NCBI GenBank assembly: GCA_029249345.1
Contig: JAQWHM010000011.1
Location: 25,916 to 89,915, forward strand
From: Rhodothermales bacterium
GTDB lineage: Bacteria; Bacteroidota; Rhodothermia; Rhodothermales; UBA10348
DNA: 64,000 bases
Direction of reading: 5' to 3'
The notes beneath the pieces are model-generated. The model saw only the letters and a program-made list of their open reading frames with translations, did not search any database and was not told the origin of the DNA. Positions 19,986 to 30,699 of this stretch are shown here, in pieces. The number at the start of each line of letters is the position of its first letter. Positions within the stretch are counted from its first letter, which is position 1. Both the position numbers and the translations under genes were made by a program.

Positions 19986-22900
19986 GTGAGCACATTAGGC
20001 TTTAACACAGGCTACATCGAAGAACTTTACCGTCAGTATCTACAAGATCCTGACAGTGTAGGCGAAAGCTGGAAAGAGTTCTTTCAGGATTTTACTCCCG
20101 ACGAAGGGTTCATAGCAGTTACCGAAGCACGGGCTGTTCCAACAGAACCGACCCCGGATGCAAAGGCAGAGCCGAAGTCCAAGCCGGTTTCCGAGGATTA
20201 TGCGAGTGAAAAGCCCATTAGAGGCCCCTCAGCAACAATCGTTGAGAATATGCAGGCGAGCCTCGAAGTACCAACGGCTACCTCGGTTCGAACCGTCCCC
20301 GTAAAGCTCATGGCAGAAAACCGGACGCTGATCAACGAGCATCAGCGTCTAGTGGGTGGAAATAAGGTGTCTTTTACACACCTCATCGCTTGGGCTATCG
20401 TGCAGGCGATGAAAAAATTCCCGTCCATGAATACGACATATCGGGAAGGCGATGACGGGCACATACATGTCGTACCGCATGCCGTGAACCTGGGGCTTGC
20501 CATTGATATTGAGCGCCGCGGTAGGCGTACGCTTTTGGTACCGAATATCAAGAGCGCCGACTTGATGAACTTTGCCCAGTTACTTGGCACGTACAACGAC
20601 ATCGTAAAGCGAGCCCGAGACAACAAACTTACCATTGCTGATTTCCAGCACACGACCGCCACGCTTACCAATCCCGGAATGATTGGTACCAATCTAAGTG
20701 TGCCACGCCTCATGCCCGGCCAAGGGGTTATTGTCGGAGTCGGCGCCATTGGATATCCCTCTGAATACTATGCTTTCCCTCCTGAGGTAATCAGTCAGAC
20801 CGGGATTTCTCAGGTTATGACGATCACATCGACGTACGACCACCGAGTGATTCAGGGCGCAGAAAGTGGGGCCTTCTTGGCACACATCGAGCAACTGCTC
20901 CGTGGTGAGCACGGATTCTACTCAGAAATTTTTGCTGACCTCGCTGTTCCTTATCAGCCGTGGACCTTGGCCACAGATACGACACCGCGAGTAGGCACGA
21001 GCGGGAAGCTTTCCGAGATCGATGTCATCCATAAGGAAGCAAGTGTCCTTCAGTTAATCCGGGCTTTCCGCGTTCGAGGCCATTTGCAGGCCGATGTGAA
21101 TCCTCTAGGTTACGCCTGGGTTGCCCATCCTGAATTGGATCCAGCCACTTACGGACTGACCATTTGGGACCTGGACCGAAAGTTTGTGACCGGCGGACTA
21201 GGAGGCAAAGACATGCTTCCTCTCAGAGGCATTCTGGATATTCTTCGGCGAACCTACACGCGGCAAATCGGAGTTGAGTTCATGCACATCTCTTCACCAG
21301 AAGAGAAAAAGTGGATTACAGAACGTATTGAACCGGGTGAAACGGATTTTGCGACATCCGACGAAGAGAAGCGCCGAATGCTGCAGAAACTGAATGCCGC
21401 AGAGGCATTTGAAACGTTCCTACATACGAAGTATATCGGGCACAAGCGTTTCTCTCTGGAGGGATCGGAAACCGTAATCCCTATGCTGGACCGCATCCTC
21501 TCAGATGCCGCAGAAAAAGGAGTAGGAGGCGTTGTGATGGGAATGGCACATAGAGGAAGACTCAATGTGCTGGCCAACATCATGAACAAACCCTATGAGG
21601 TCATCTTCTCAGAGTTCGAGGGGAATCTGGATCCTACAACTACACAAGGCTCAGGTGATGTCAAGTACCACCTAGGCTCCTCGAGCGAACACGAAGCTCC
21701 TGATGGCCATAAAATCGGAGTGGTGCTGGCCTCCAACCCAAGCCATCTGGAGGCCGTTAACCCGGTTGTAGAGGGCATGGTACGAGCCAAGCAAGAGGCT
21801 AGGCGGCATGCACCGGACAATCCGGACAATGATTACCTGGATTCCGTCATTCCGATGCTGATCCACGGAGATGCAGCGTTTGCCGGACAGGGCGTGGTGG
21901 CTGAGACGCTACACCTAAGCCAACTACCCGGATACCGAACTGGCGGCACGATTCATATCGTTATTAACAACCAGATTGGATTTACAACGGGTCCTTCAGA
22001 TGCCAGAAGTTCTCAATACGCGACGGATAGTGCACGTATGATTCAGGCACCTATTTTCCATGTGAATGGAGATGACCCTGAAGCCTGTACGAGAGTGGCT
22101 CGTCTTGCGTTGGAATACCGCCAAGCCTTTAACAAGGATGTGGTAATTGACATGTTGTGCTACCGCGTCCGCGGTCATAATGAAGGGGACGAACCAACCT
22201 ACACGCAGCCCCTTCTCTACAAGAAGATCGAGGCCAAACGGTCTCCTCGAAAAATGTACACTGAGCTGCTACTGCGGCGAGGAGACATGACGCCGGAAGA
22301 AGCGGAAAGCATATTGGACGATTATCGTTCACGTCTGCAGGAAGCATTTGAACGCACCAAAGAAATTAGCGACCGGGAGGCTCCTTCTTCCGAGGACCTG
22401 ATCAAATCGAAAGTACAGAAGTCTTTACCTGTGGTGGAAACGGCCGTACCAGAAGAGAATCTGGAAGCCATCGTACGTGCCTTGACCAATCACCCAATGG
22501 AATTTAATGTCCATAAAAAACTCACTCGACAGTTCTCCCGGAGGGAAAAGCTGTATTTCGATGAGAAACGAATTGATTGGGGATTTGCCGAAGCATTGGC
22601 CTTCGGAAGTATTCTTCTAGACAATACCGAAATCCGCATTAGTGGTCAGGATTCCAGACGAGGAACGTTCTCACATCGTCATGCCGTTCTGTACGACCAA
22701 CAAGATGGCAGCGAGTACATTCCGCTAAATCACATCCAACCGACACAGGAGTCGCTTGGGATTTACGATTCACTGCTTTCAGAATACGCAGTTTGTGGAT
22801 TCGAATACGGTTACTCGGTAGCTCATCCAAATGCACTAGTCGTTTGGGAAGCTCAGTTCGGAGATTTTGCGAATGGTGCCCAGATCATTTTTGATCAATT

Positions 22901-23603
22901 CCTATCCGCTGCAGAGGAAAAATGGGGCCAGACAAGCAGTCTGACCTTGCTACTGCCGCACGGATTTGAGGGCCAGGGACCGGAGCACTCCTCTGCGCGT
23001 CTCGAACGCTTCTTACAGTTGTGTGCTGAGAACAACATGATTGTCTGTTCTTTCTCGACTCCAGCCAACCTGTTTCATGGACTGCGACGCCAGGCGGATA
23101 ACTCCATTCGGAAGCCGCTCGTCGTTATGTCACCAAAATCCCTGTTGCGGCATCCCGACGTTATTTCAACGCCGGAAGATCTTTATGATGGCCGATTCCA
23201 AGAGGTCATTCCTTCTGCTGATGCTTCAGCCGTACGAAAACTCGTCTTTTGCAGCGGCAAAATGTATTACGACGTCAAGCAAGCTGTAGAAGCCGAAGGC
23301 AAACAGGACGAAATTGCCGTCACACGCCTCGAGCAGTTCTATCCATTCCCGTCGGCAGAGGTAAAAGCTGAACTGGAACGATTCGGCGCTGCGCAGGAGG
23401 TGGTTTGGGTACAGGAAGAGCCTGCCAACATGGGTGCATGGACGTTCGTTCGAGACTTTTTCGATAACGAACTTGAGACGGCTACCTGCGAAGCCAATCG
23501 AATCCGTTACATCGGGCGCACGGCAGCGGCCTCTCCCGCTACCGGATCGGCACAAGTTCACCAGGCTGAACAGACTTCCATTCTGAACGTCGTTACCGGA
23601 TAA
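19986..23603 (+). CDS. kgd: Multifunctional 2-oxoglutarate decarboxylase/dehydrogenase (Kgd type: E2-like domain fused to E1)
   Basis: E2-like YDHRVIQGAESG, then E1 motifs KRFSLEG, GMAHRGRLNVL, SHLE, HGDAAFAGQG...NNQIGF, WEAQFGDF, PEHSSARLER. Confidence 0.92.
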   Translation: MSTLGFNTGYIEELYRQYLQDPDSVGESWKEFFQDFTPDEGFIAVTEARAVPTEPTPDAKAEPKSKPVSEDYASEKPIRGPSATIVENMQASLEVPTATSVRTVPVKLMAENRTLINEHQRLVGGNKVSFTHLIAWAIVQAMKKFPSMNTTYREGDDGHIHVVPHAVNLGLAIDIERRGRRTLLVPNIKSADLMNFAQLLGTYNDIVKRARDNKLTIADFQHTTATLTNPGMIGTNLSVPRLMPGQGVIVGVGAIGYPSEYYAFPPEVISQTGISQVMTITSTYDHRVIQGAESGAFLAHIEQLLRGEHGFYSEIFADLAVPYQPWTLATDTTPRVGTSGKLSEIDVIHKEASVLQLIRAFRVRGHLQADVNPLGYAWVAHPELDPATYGLTIWDLDRKFVTGGLGGKDMLPLRGILDILRRTYTRQIGVEFMHISSPEEKKWITERIEPGETDFATSDEEKRRMLQKLNAAEAFETFLHTKYIGHKRFSLEGSETVIPMLDRILSDAAEKGVGGVVMGMAHRGRLNVLANIMNKPYEVIFSEFEGNLDPTTTQGSGDVKYHLGSSSEHEAPDGHKIGVVLASNPSHLEAVNPVVEGMVRAKQEARRHAPDNPDNDYLDSVIPMLIHGDAAFAGQGVVAETLHLSQLPGYRTGGTIHIVINNQIGFTTGPSDARSSQYATDSARMIQAPIFHVNGDDPEACTRVARLALEYRQAFNKDVVIDMLCYRVRGHNEGDEPTYTQPLLYKKIEAKRSPRKMYTELLLRRGDMTPEEAESILDDYRSRLQEAFERTKEISDREAPSSEDLIKSKVQKSLPVVETAVPEENLEAIVRALTNHPMEFNVHKKLTRQFSRREKLYFDEKRIDWGFAEALAFGSILLDNTEIRISGQDSRRGTFSHRHAVLYDQQDGSEYIPLNHIQPTQESLGIYDSLLSEYAVCGFEYGYSVAHPNALVVWEAQFGDFANGAQIIFDQFLSAAEEKWGQTSSLTLLLPHGFEGQGPEHSSARLERFLQLCAENNMIVCSFSTPANLFHGLRRQADNSIRKPLVVMSPKSLLRHPDVISTPEDLYDGRFQEVIPSADASAVRKLVFCSGKMYYDVKQAVEAEGKQDEIAVTRLEQFYPFPSAEVKAELERFGAAQEVVWVQEEPANMGAWTFVRDFFDNELETATCEANRIRYIGRTAAASPATGSAQVHQAEQTSILNVVTG

Positions 23604-23641
23604 CCGGGACAGAACCGACGGAATTGTTTAGGGCAAAAGAA

Positions 23642-23670
23642 TGGGGGCGCGTCCAACGGACGCGCCCCCA
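23642..23670. terminator. Intrinsic terminator between convergent kgd and rpsU
   Basis: 13-bp perfect stem TGGGGGCGCGTCC-AAC-GGACGCGCCCCCA with a T-rich tail on the minus strand. Confidence 0.8.
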
Positions 23671-23771
23671 TCAACCTCTCTGATGAATCAGACCGACAGG
23701 GATTTAGCAAACGCTAAAATCCACGTGGGAGAGTCGGAACGATTCTCTAAACTTCTATAATCGCAGACGCG

Positions 23772-23963
23772 CTAGTAGCGCGGGCGACGGCGGGAATTAC
23801 GAGCTGCTTTCTGGCGTGCAAGACGACGCTCTTCTGAAGGCTTCGTATATGCCATGTTGCCACGGAAAATGCGGAGAATGCGACTACGGTTTACTGAACG
23901 CTTAAATCTGCGCAGTGCGCGGTCAATTGACTCGTTATCCCTTACTTTGATACCTACTGGCAC
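23772..23963 (-). CDS. rpsU: 30S ribosomal protein S21
   Basis: ESIDRALRRFKR...YTKPSEERR. Confidence 0.95.
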   Translation of the reverse strand: MPVGIKVRDNESIDRALRRFKRSVNRSRILRIFRGNMAYTKPSEERRLARQKAARNSRRRPRY

Positions 23964-24044
23964 TTTAGATCACTCTTGGAGAGGTTTGAAATTTCTGAAC
24001 AGACCAGCAATATACTACCCAACCATCGTACGAATCAACCTTCC

Positions 24045-24656
24045 ATGCCTTCAGCCGAACGTCATAACCTGGTTATCTCGACTAGAAACCCCAATAAGGT
24101 GCGAGAAATTCAGGCTATTCTGACCGACATCCCTGTAAAACTCATCACATTGGCTGATTTTCCAGATGCTCCCGAAGTGATTGAAGACAAAGAAACGCTA
24201 GATGAAAATGCGTCCAAGAAAGCTCAAGTCCTGTTTGCACACACAGGAATCGCGACAATGGCAGACGATACGGGCCTTGAGGTGATGGCCTTACATGGCG
24301 CACCAGGCGTCCATTCGGCACGGTATGCAGGAACGAATCCCACTCAAGCTGACAACCGCGCGCACCTAATCGAACAGTTAAAGGGAATAGACGACCGCCG
24401 CGCTCAATTTAGAACATCCATTGCCTTTACAACCGCATCCGGTACCTATCTGTTTGAAGGTATTTGTAAAGGGCGGATCCTCTCGAAAGAACGAGGAGAT
24501 GGCGGCTTCGGGTATGACTCTCTCTTTGTACCTGACGGGTTCGAAGACTCTTTTGCCGAAATGAATGCAGAAGACAAGAATGCTATCTCTCACCGGGGAA
24601 GGGCACTCAAACGATTTGCTTCCTACCTCACTGGCCTTTTGGCTTCAAACGAATGA
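24045..24656 (+). CDS. rdgB: Non-canonical purine NTP pyrophosphatase (RdgB/HAM1)
   Basis: TRNPNKVREI, ADDTGL, GAPGVHSARY, GFGYD, ISHRGRAL. Confidence 0.95.
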   Translation: MPSAERHNLVISTRNPNKVREIQAILTDIPVKLITLADFPDAPEVIEDKETLDENASKKAQVLFAHTGIATMADDTGLEVMALHGAPGVHSARYAGTNPTQADNRAHLIEQLKGIDDRRAQFRTSIAFTTASGTYLFEGICKGRILSKERGDGGFGYDSLFVPDGFEDSFAEMNAEDKNAISHRGRALKRFASYLTGLLASNE

Positions 24657-25102
24657 AAGTACTCATCCAACGAGTAAAGAGAGCTCAAGTCACGGTGGAT
24701 GGCCGCTCCACGGGCTCTATAAAAGAAGGTCTGCTCATTCTGCTCGGCGTGCACACAACGGATACGAGCTCGCTCATCCCTTGGCTTGTTGGAAAGTGTG
24801 TACATCTTAGAATTTTTCCGGATGATGCCGGGAAAATGAATCGATCGGTCCTCGATCACGGAGGCGATATTTTGGTGGTTTCACAATTCACGCTGTATGG
24901 AAACGCTGCAAAAGGAAACCGCCCCTCATTCATCGAATCCGCTCGACCCGAGCTGGCTGAACCGCTGTACGAATCCTTCTGCGAACAATGTGCTGACCTT
25001 CTTGGAAAACCCATTCAAACTGGCGAGTTCGGCGCTATGATGGACGTAGAACTGCTCAACTGGGGACCCGTCACATTGGATATAGAAAAACGGAACTCCT
25101 AA
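24653..25102 (+). CDS. dtd: D-aminoacyl-tRNA deacylase
   Basis: LIQRV, VSQFTL, GEFGAMMDV, NWGPVT (Gly-cisPro motif). Confidence 0.95.
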   Translation: MKVLIQRVKRAQVTVDGRSTGSIKEGLLILLGVHTTDTSSLIPWLVGKCVHLRIFPDDAGKMNRSVLDHGGDILVVSQFTLYGNAAKGNRPSFIESARPELAEPLYESFCEQCADLLGKPIQTGEFGAMMDVELLNWGPVTLDIEKRNS

Positions 25103-25146
25103 TCATTCAACGCCGTTTTGACAGACCTACAAAAATTGGCATTCTC

Positions 25147-26805
25147 ATGAAAATGCGCCTTCTACTTCTTACCGTTTTTGTTTTTCTAATTGGCTGCGAC
25201 GCACCTGTAGTGGACGAAGACTCCTACATCCTTTCCGATGCTGTCATTTACACCATGGACGAAGATATACCTGAAGCGGAAGCGATGGCAGTTATCGACG
25301 GCAAGGTCGTTATGGTAGGCCACGCTGACGACGTTACTGAATCCTATCCAGACCTGCGAGTACTTAGCGCTAGCGGAAAAACGATCCTTCCTGGATTCAC
25401 CGACGGACATGGACACTTCATGGGGCTTGGCATGGAAAAACTCCAGGTCGACCTACGAGGTACCCATTCAATAGAAGAAGTCATTCAACGAATGAAAGAC
25501 TTCTCTGGAGACATAGAGAAAGGTGCGTGGATCCTAGGACGCGGTTGGAATCAGGTTTTGTGGCCAGATCGCGAATTTCCCACCCGATATGATCTGGACA
25601 TGCACTTTCCGGATAACCCTGTCTGGTTGAGGCGGGTTGATGGGCATGCGGGCTGGGCAAATACGGCCGCCATGGAATTAGCAGGAATCGATTCCATCCG
25701 CACTATGGAAGACCCGCAGGGAGGAACCGTGTTGCGCGATGCAATGGGTGAGCCTACCGGAATATTCGTAGATGCTACCATGGGAACGATCTCCAGTCTC
25801 ACCCCTGATTTTACTGATGAGGATCTAGATCGCGCTTTGCAACTAGCCCTTGAAGAAGCTGCTGAGATGGGGCTTACCGGCATCCATGACGCTGGTGTTG
25901 GCATGAACACCATTGAGCGCTATAAGAAATTTATTGATGAAGACCGCTTTACCGTCCGAATGTATGCGATGGTAGGGGGAACGGGTGCCACATTCGATGC
26001 GCTCTGTAATAACCACATTTTAGACTACGGTGACCACTTAACGGTTCGCTCGGTTAAACTCTACTTAGATGGGGCACTCGGAAGCAGGGGTGCGGCTCTC
26101 CTAAATGAATACACCGATGACCCAGGCAACAAAGGTCTCATCCGGACTTCAGTCGAAGATTTCAACGGAGTAGTAAAGCGAGCTCTAGACTGTGGCTACC
26201 AAATTAACACGCACGCGATTGGCGATAGAGCCAATCGCGTATTACTCGAAGGATACGAGGCAGCTGGGGCCACACCAGCAGGCCGTCATCGTGATGAACA
26301 CACCCAGATCGTTGCTCTTGAGGACATACCCCGATTCCAGAAACTCGGTATCATTGCCTCCATGCAACCAACACACGCTACGAGCGATCTAAACATGGCC
26401 GAAGACCGTCTAGGTCCGCATCGGATTAAAGGAGGATATGCCTGGCGAACGCTCAAGGATGCTGGTATTCCGCTTGCATTCGGATCTGACTTCCCTGTTG
26501 AAAAATCAAACCCATTAGATGGCTTTTTTGCTTCGGTCACCAGACAAACCCAAGACTTACTGCCTGAAGGTGGATGGTATCCTGAAGAACGTCTCACTCG
26601 AGAAGAAACGTTAGCTGCATTTACCAAGGACAACGCGTTCGCCGCGTTTCAGGAAAACCAACTCGGCTCTCTTTCTCCTGGGAAATATGCCGATTTTGTG
26701 GTGTTATCATCAGACATTATGACTATCCCCTCTCCTCAGATCCTCGAGGCCACCGTCGTAGCCACATTCGTGGGTGGGGAAATGATCTATGGCTCACTCA
26801 ATTAA
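25147..26805 (+). CDS. Amidohydrolase family 3 (YtcJ-like), probable lipoprotein
   Basis: Lipobox LIGC, PGFTDGHGH, DGALGSRGA, HAIGDRA, GSDFPV. Confidence 0.9.
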   Translation: MKMRLLLLTVFVFLIGCDAPVVDEDSYILSDAVIYTMDEDIPEAEAMAVIDGKVVMVGHADDVTESYPDLRVLSASGKTILPGFTDGHGHFMGLGMEKLQVDLRGTHSIEEVIQRMKDFSGDIEKGAWILGRGWNQVLWPDREFPTRYDLDMHFPDNPVWLRRVDGHAGWANTAAMELAGIDSIRTMEDPQGGTVLRDAMGEPTGIFVDATMGTISSLTPDFTDEDLDRALQLALEEAAEMGLTGIHDAGVGMNTIERYKKFIDEDRFTVRMYAMVGGTGATFDALCNNHILDYGDHLTVRSVKLYLDGALGSRGAALLNEYTDDPGNKGLIRTSVEDFNGVVKRALDCGYQINTHAIGDRANRVLLEGYEAAGATPAGRHRDEHTQIVALEDIPRFQKLGIIASMQPTHATSDLNMAEDRLGPHRIKGGYAWRTLKDAGIPLAFGSDFPVEKSNPLDGFFASVTRQTQDLLPEGGWYPEERLTREETLAAFTKDNAFAAFQENQLGSLSPGKYADFVVLSSDIMTIPSPQILEATVVATFVGGEMIYGSLN

Positions 26806-27811
26806 GCCTGTGCTTCCAAAAACATCTCCCATACTGACCGATACGTTTGGTAGACAACACAGCTACCTTAGAATCTCGTTAACGGAGCGTTGCAACCTGC
26901 GCTGCACGTATTGCATGCCGGCCGAAGGCGTAGACCTCAAGCCACGTAACCACCTGCTAACGTACGAGGAGATCGTTCGGATTTCTGAAATGTTCGCTAG
27001 CCTCGGCGTCACCAAAATTCGCCTGACGGGTGGTGAACCGCTAATTCGAAAAGACATTGAGCTCCTTTCGGCTAGACTCGCTGGACTACCGGGCATTGAA
27101 TCATTGGCCATCACAACCAATGGACTTCTGCTAGCTAGAAAGCTACGCGGACTCAAGTTAGCCGGTGTGGACACGTTCAACATCTCGCTGGACACTTTGA
27201 AAAGGGATCGATTCAAAGAAATCACCAGACGGGATGAACTCGACACCGTGCTAGACTCCATTCAACTGGCTATTGATGCGGGATACGATCCAGTCAAAAT
27301 CAATGCGGTGATCATTCGGGGATTCAACGACGATGAACTTGTCGACTTCGTAGAAATGACCCGAAATATGCCCGTCGAAATTCGTTTTATTGAATACATG
27401 CCGTTCGATGGAAATGCTTGGAGCGACACCAAATTCCTGCCCTACACGGACATGCTATCTACCATTCAGAAGGATTATCCCTCGTTTGAACGACTAGCAG
27501 ACGGTCCTCATGAAACCTCGAAAACCTGGCATATCCCAGGATTTCGTGGTCGCATTGGCTTTATCACCTCCATGAGTGAGCATTTTTGCTCAGGATGTAA
27601 TCGAATCCGAATTACTGCCGACGGCCAATTCAAGGTATGCCTATTCGGCGCAATGGAAATCAACCTTCGGGATATGATGCGCGCAGGTGCCTCAGACGAA
27701 GAATTACAAGCGGCCATCAAGGGAGCGATAAGCAGAAAGAAGGCCTCACACGATGGGATGTACGAAATAGCAAAGTCCGACAATCGCCCCATGATTCTGA
27801 TTGGTGGTTAA
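26789..27811 (+). CDS. moaA: GTP 3',8-cyclase (radical SAM)
   Basis: CNLRCTYC, FCSGCNR...CLF second cluster, C-terminal GG. Confidence 0.96.
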   Translation: MAHSIKPVLPKTSPILTDTFGRQHSYLRISLTERCNLRCTYCMPAEGVDLKPRNHLLTYEEIVRISEMFASLGVTKIRLTGGEPLIRKDIELLSARLAGLPGIESLAITTNGLLLARKLRGLKLAGVDTFNISLDTLKRDRFKEITRRDELDTVLDSIQLAIDAGYDPVKINAVIIRGFNDDELVDFVEMTRNMPVEIRFIEYMPFDGNAWSDTKFLPYTDMLSTIQKDYPSFERLADGPHETSKTWHIPGFRGRIGFITSMSEHFCSGCNRIRITADGQFKVCLFGAMEINLRDMMRAGASDEELQAAIKGAISRKKASHDGMYEIAKSDNRPMILIGG

Positions 27812-27894
27812 CTCATCTCAGTTTGAACCGCTTGTGGTTTGAATCGTTTGCACCCACTACTATCCGAATCCCGTTTCATTTCCCCGTTTATTGC

Positions 27895-28380
27895 ATGTCT
27901 TCATTCACTCACGTACATCCTGACGGCGGCGTTCACATGGTGGACGTTTCCAGAAAACCCGATACCGTTAGAACGGCCGTTGCGGTCGGGCGAGTCATGT
28001 TGGGCGAAACGGCGTTTCAAGCAGTCAAAGAAAATTCCATCCAGAAAGGCGATGTGCTTTCAATTTCCCAGATTGCAGGGATTATGGGTGCCAAACAGAC
28101 TTCCCGCTTGATTCCTCTTTGCCATGACGTTCAGGTCTCAGGAATTGACGTGGATCTTTCGTTGCTAGAAACAGACCATGCCATAGAGATCAGGGGCTTT
28201 GCGAAAAGCATTGGTCCAACGGGTGTCGAGATGGAAGCACTAACCGCTGTATCGATCGCTGCACTAACGGTTTACGACATGTGTAAAGCGATCTCAAAAG
28301 ACATTAGAATTGAACAAATTCACTTGCTAGCCAAAACGGGCGGCGCGAGTGGAGACTATCGGAAACAAGAGGCTGAATAA
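27895..28380 (+). CDS. moaC: Cyclic pyranopterin monophosphate synthase
   Basis: FTH...[32 protein letters not shown]. Confidence 0.95.
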   Translation: MSSFTHVHPDGGVHMVDVSRKPDTVRTAVAVGRVMLGETAFQAVKENSIQKGDVLSISQIAGIMGAKQTSRLIPLCHDVQVSGIDVDLSLLETDHAIEIRGFAKSIGPTGVEMEALTAVSIAALTVYDMCKAISKDIRIEQIHLLAKTGGASGDYRKQEAE

Positions 28381-28382
28381 CT

Positions 28383-29369
28383 ATGGACGCATTTTTGACC
28401 ACGTCGGGCGTATTGGCGATTGGCATCATTTTGATGGCGCTGATCATCTTTCTGTACTTCATTCCAGTCGGCCTTTGGGTAACGGCGTTTTTCTCCGGAG
28501 TTAAGATCAAGCTCGTGCGGGATCTTATGGGAATGAGACTGCGAAAAGTGCCTCCGGTAGCCATAGTGAGACCTCTGATTACCTCTCATAAGGCAGGAAT
28601 CTATCTAGATGCCTCTCAATTGGAAGCCCACTTTTTGGCGGGTGGACAAGTTCAAAAGGTCGTTAATGCCTTAATTTCGGCAGATAAGGCTAACATTGAT
28701 CTGAATTTTGAACGCGCCACGGCTATTGACCTTGCGGGTCGAGATGTATTTGAAGCCGTTCAAGTCTCGGTCAACCCAAAAGTGATTGAAACACCGCCGG
28801 TTTCCGCTGTGGCCAAAGACGGAATCCAGGTACGAGCTATTGCTCGCGTTACGGTTCGGGCCAACATTGAACGCTTGGTGGGTGGAGCCGGAGAAGAGAC
28901 CATCATTGCTCGTGTTGGCGAGGGGATTGTTTCAACAATTGGTTCTTCCGCGACGCACAAGGCGGTTCTCGAAAACCCAGATTCTATTTCAAAAGTAGTA
29001 TTGGCTAAGGGTCTTGACTCCGGTACCGCATTTGAAATCTTATCTATTGATATTGCCGATGTAGATGTAGGCGAAAACATCGGTGCGAAACTGCAAACGG
29101 ATCAGGCGGATGCGGATCTGAAGATTGCCCGGGCCAAAGCTGAAGAGCGCCGCGCAGCAGCTGTCGCCATGGAGCAGGAAATGAAAGCAGTAGTTCAAGA
29201 GCAGCGAGCCAAAGTCGTTGCAGCCGAAGCAGAAGTCCCGCTTGCGATGGCCGACGCATTCAGAAATGGTCGTCTAGGTGTGATGGACTATTACAACATG
29301 CAAAACGTAGAAGCAGACACGCAGATGAGACGCTCCATCGGGGGTCCGGACGAAACGAAAAAAGACTAG
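28383..29369 (+). CDS. floA: Flotillin-like protein FloA (YqfA/UPF0365)
   Basis: [52 protein letters not shown]. Confidence 0.92.
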   Translation: MDAFLTTSGVLAIGIILMALIIFLYFIPVGLWVTAFFSGVKIKLVRDLMGMRLRKVPPVAIVRPLITSHKAGIYLDASQLEAHFLAGGQVQKVVNALISADKANIDLNFERATAIDLAGRDVFEAVQVSVNPKVIETPPVSAVAKDGIQVRAIARVTVRANIERLVGGAGEETIIARVGEGIVSTIGSSATHKAVLENPDSISKVVLAKGLDSGTAFEILSIDIADVDVGENIGAKLQTDQADADLKIARAKAEERRAAAVAMEQEMKAVVQEQRAKVVAAEAEVPLAMADAFRNGRLGVMDYYNMQNVEADTQMRRSIGGPDETKKD

Positions 29370-29390
29370 TCTAATTCAGCAGGTAGAAAA

Positions 29391-30671
29391 TCAGATCTGG
29401 TGCGCATCCCGCTGACGAGTGATGCGCACCATGTCGATGCGATTTGCGGTAGCTCTAAGAATAGCAAACCGAAATCCATCCAGTTCGAACTCATCGCGTA
29501 CGTCTGGAATGGCACCGAGCCGTTCCAGAAGGTATCCAGCGAGTGTTTCATAGTCGCCATCTGGAAGATGAATACCGGTTTTTTCGGCCAATTCGTCAAC
29601 TTCCAAGCGCCCAGCTGCAATAACTGACTCTTCGTTTATAATGCGAAGCGTATTCTCTTCCGTATCAAATTCATCCTGGATATCACCGAAAATCTCCTCG
29701 AGGAGATCCTCGCTGGTGACCAAACCAGCCGTCCCACCATATTCGTCAATTACGATGGCAATGGATGTGTTGGTCGCCAGAAATTCCCGCAGCAGTTCTT
29801 TAGAGAGCTTAGTTTCCGGGACATAGGTCCCAGGCCGCAACATGTCCTCAAGACTCTTGGGATCATTAAACAAGTCGTAAGCAAAGGCGATGCCAACAAT
29901 TTGGTCGATGTTATCCTTATAAATAGGAATCTTTGAGTGGCCCGATGCCACAAAGGACTGCCTGAGATCTTCGATAGAAGTGCCTTCTTCCAGGGCCATG
30001 ATATCCGTTCGGGGACACATGGACTCCTTCACCCGAATCGTGCTCATGGCAAATACATTGCTTAGCAGGGTGCTTTCTTCTTCATCGAGGTCTAATTCAC
30101 CCGTCTTTTTGCTTTCCTCGATCATCAATTCGAAGTCACGGCGCATAAACTGAGAGAAGGACCCGGAAGGTGCTTTGATCAACTTCATCAGTAGCGTCGC
30201 CGTCCAGCGAGCAATCAAGATCATCGGAAACAGAACGACGTAGGTAATCCTCAACGGGATAGCCAATGCAAAAACAGCGCGATTGGCGATTTCACGCATG
30301 ACCGATTTCGGAATGACCTCACCAATAATCAACACAACTAACGAAGCCAGAATGGTCTGAGTAGTTAAGGTCAGAATTCCTACCCCGGATGCGTCCAACC
30401 CCAAGACATTTCCGAAAAACGTATTGAGTGGCGACTCCAAATAAAGCGCAACAAGCGTTGAGTACACCACAAGTGCCAGGTTATTACCGACAAGGGTGGT
30501 GGTGAGTAGCGTATCCGGTTCTTCTAAAAACCGAGAGACCAAACGTCCAACCATACCTCCGCGACGCGCAAAAACTTCGACCTTGAGCCGATTGGCCGCC
30601 ACGAAAGCGATCTCCGATCCGGAGAAAAATGCGCTCAGGAGAAGCGCGATCAAAATTAGGGTGAGTTCCAT
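29391..30671 (-). CDS. Hemolysin-family CNNM/CBS/CorC-HlyC transporter-associated protein
   Basis: SAFFSGSEIA, TTLVGNN, GEVIPKS, VIDEYGGTAGLVT, ETLAGY. Confidence 0.92.
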   Translation of the reverse strand: MELTLILIALLLSAFFSGSEIAFVAANRLKVEVFARRGGMVGRLVSRFLEEPDTLLTTTLVGNNLALVVYSTLVALYLESPLNTFFGNVLGLDASGVGILTLTTQTILASLVVLIIGEVIPKSVMREIANRAVFALAIPLRITYVVLFPMILIARWTATLLMKLIKAPSGSFSQFMRRDFELMIEESKKTGELDLDEEESTLLSNVFAMSTIRVKESMCPRTDIMALEEGTSIEDLRQSFVASGHSKIPIYKDNIDQIVGIAFAYDLFNDPKSLEDMLRPGTYVPETKLSKELLREFLATNTSIAIVIDEYGGTAGLVTSEDLLEEIFGDIQDEFDTEENTLRIINEESVIAAGRLEVDELAEKTGIHLPDGDYETLAGYLLERLGAIPDVRDEFELDGFRFAILRATANRIDMVRITRQRDAHQI

Positions 30672-30699
30672 CTTGGGGGGAGTTACGCTGAATTAGGGT

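Noticed and set aside
26700-26800. Moco riboswitch upstream of moaA
   Set aside because: moaA overlaps the upstream amidohydrolase gene, leaving no leader
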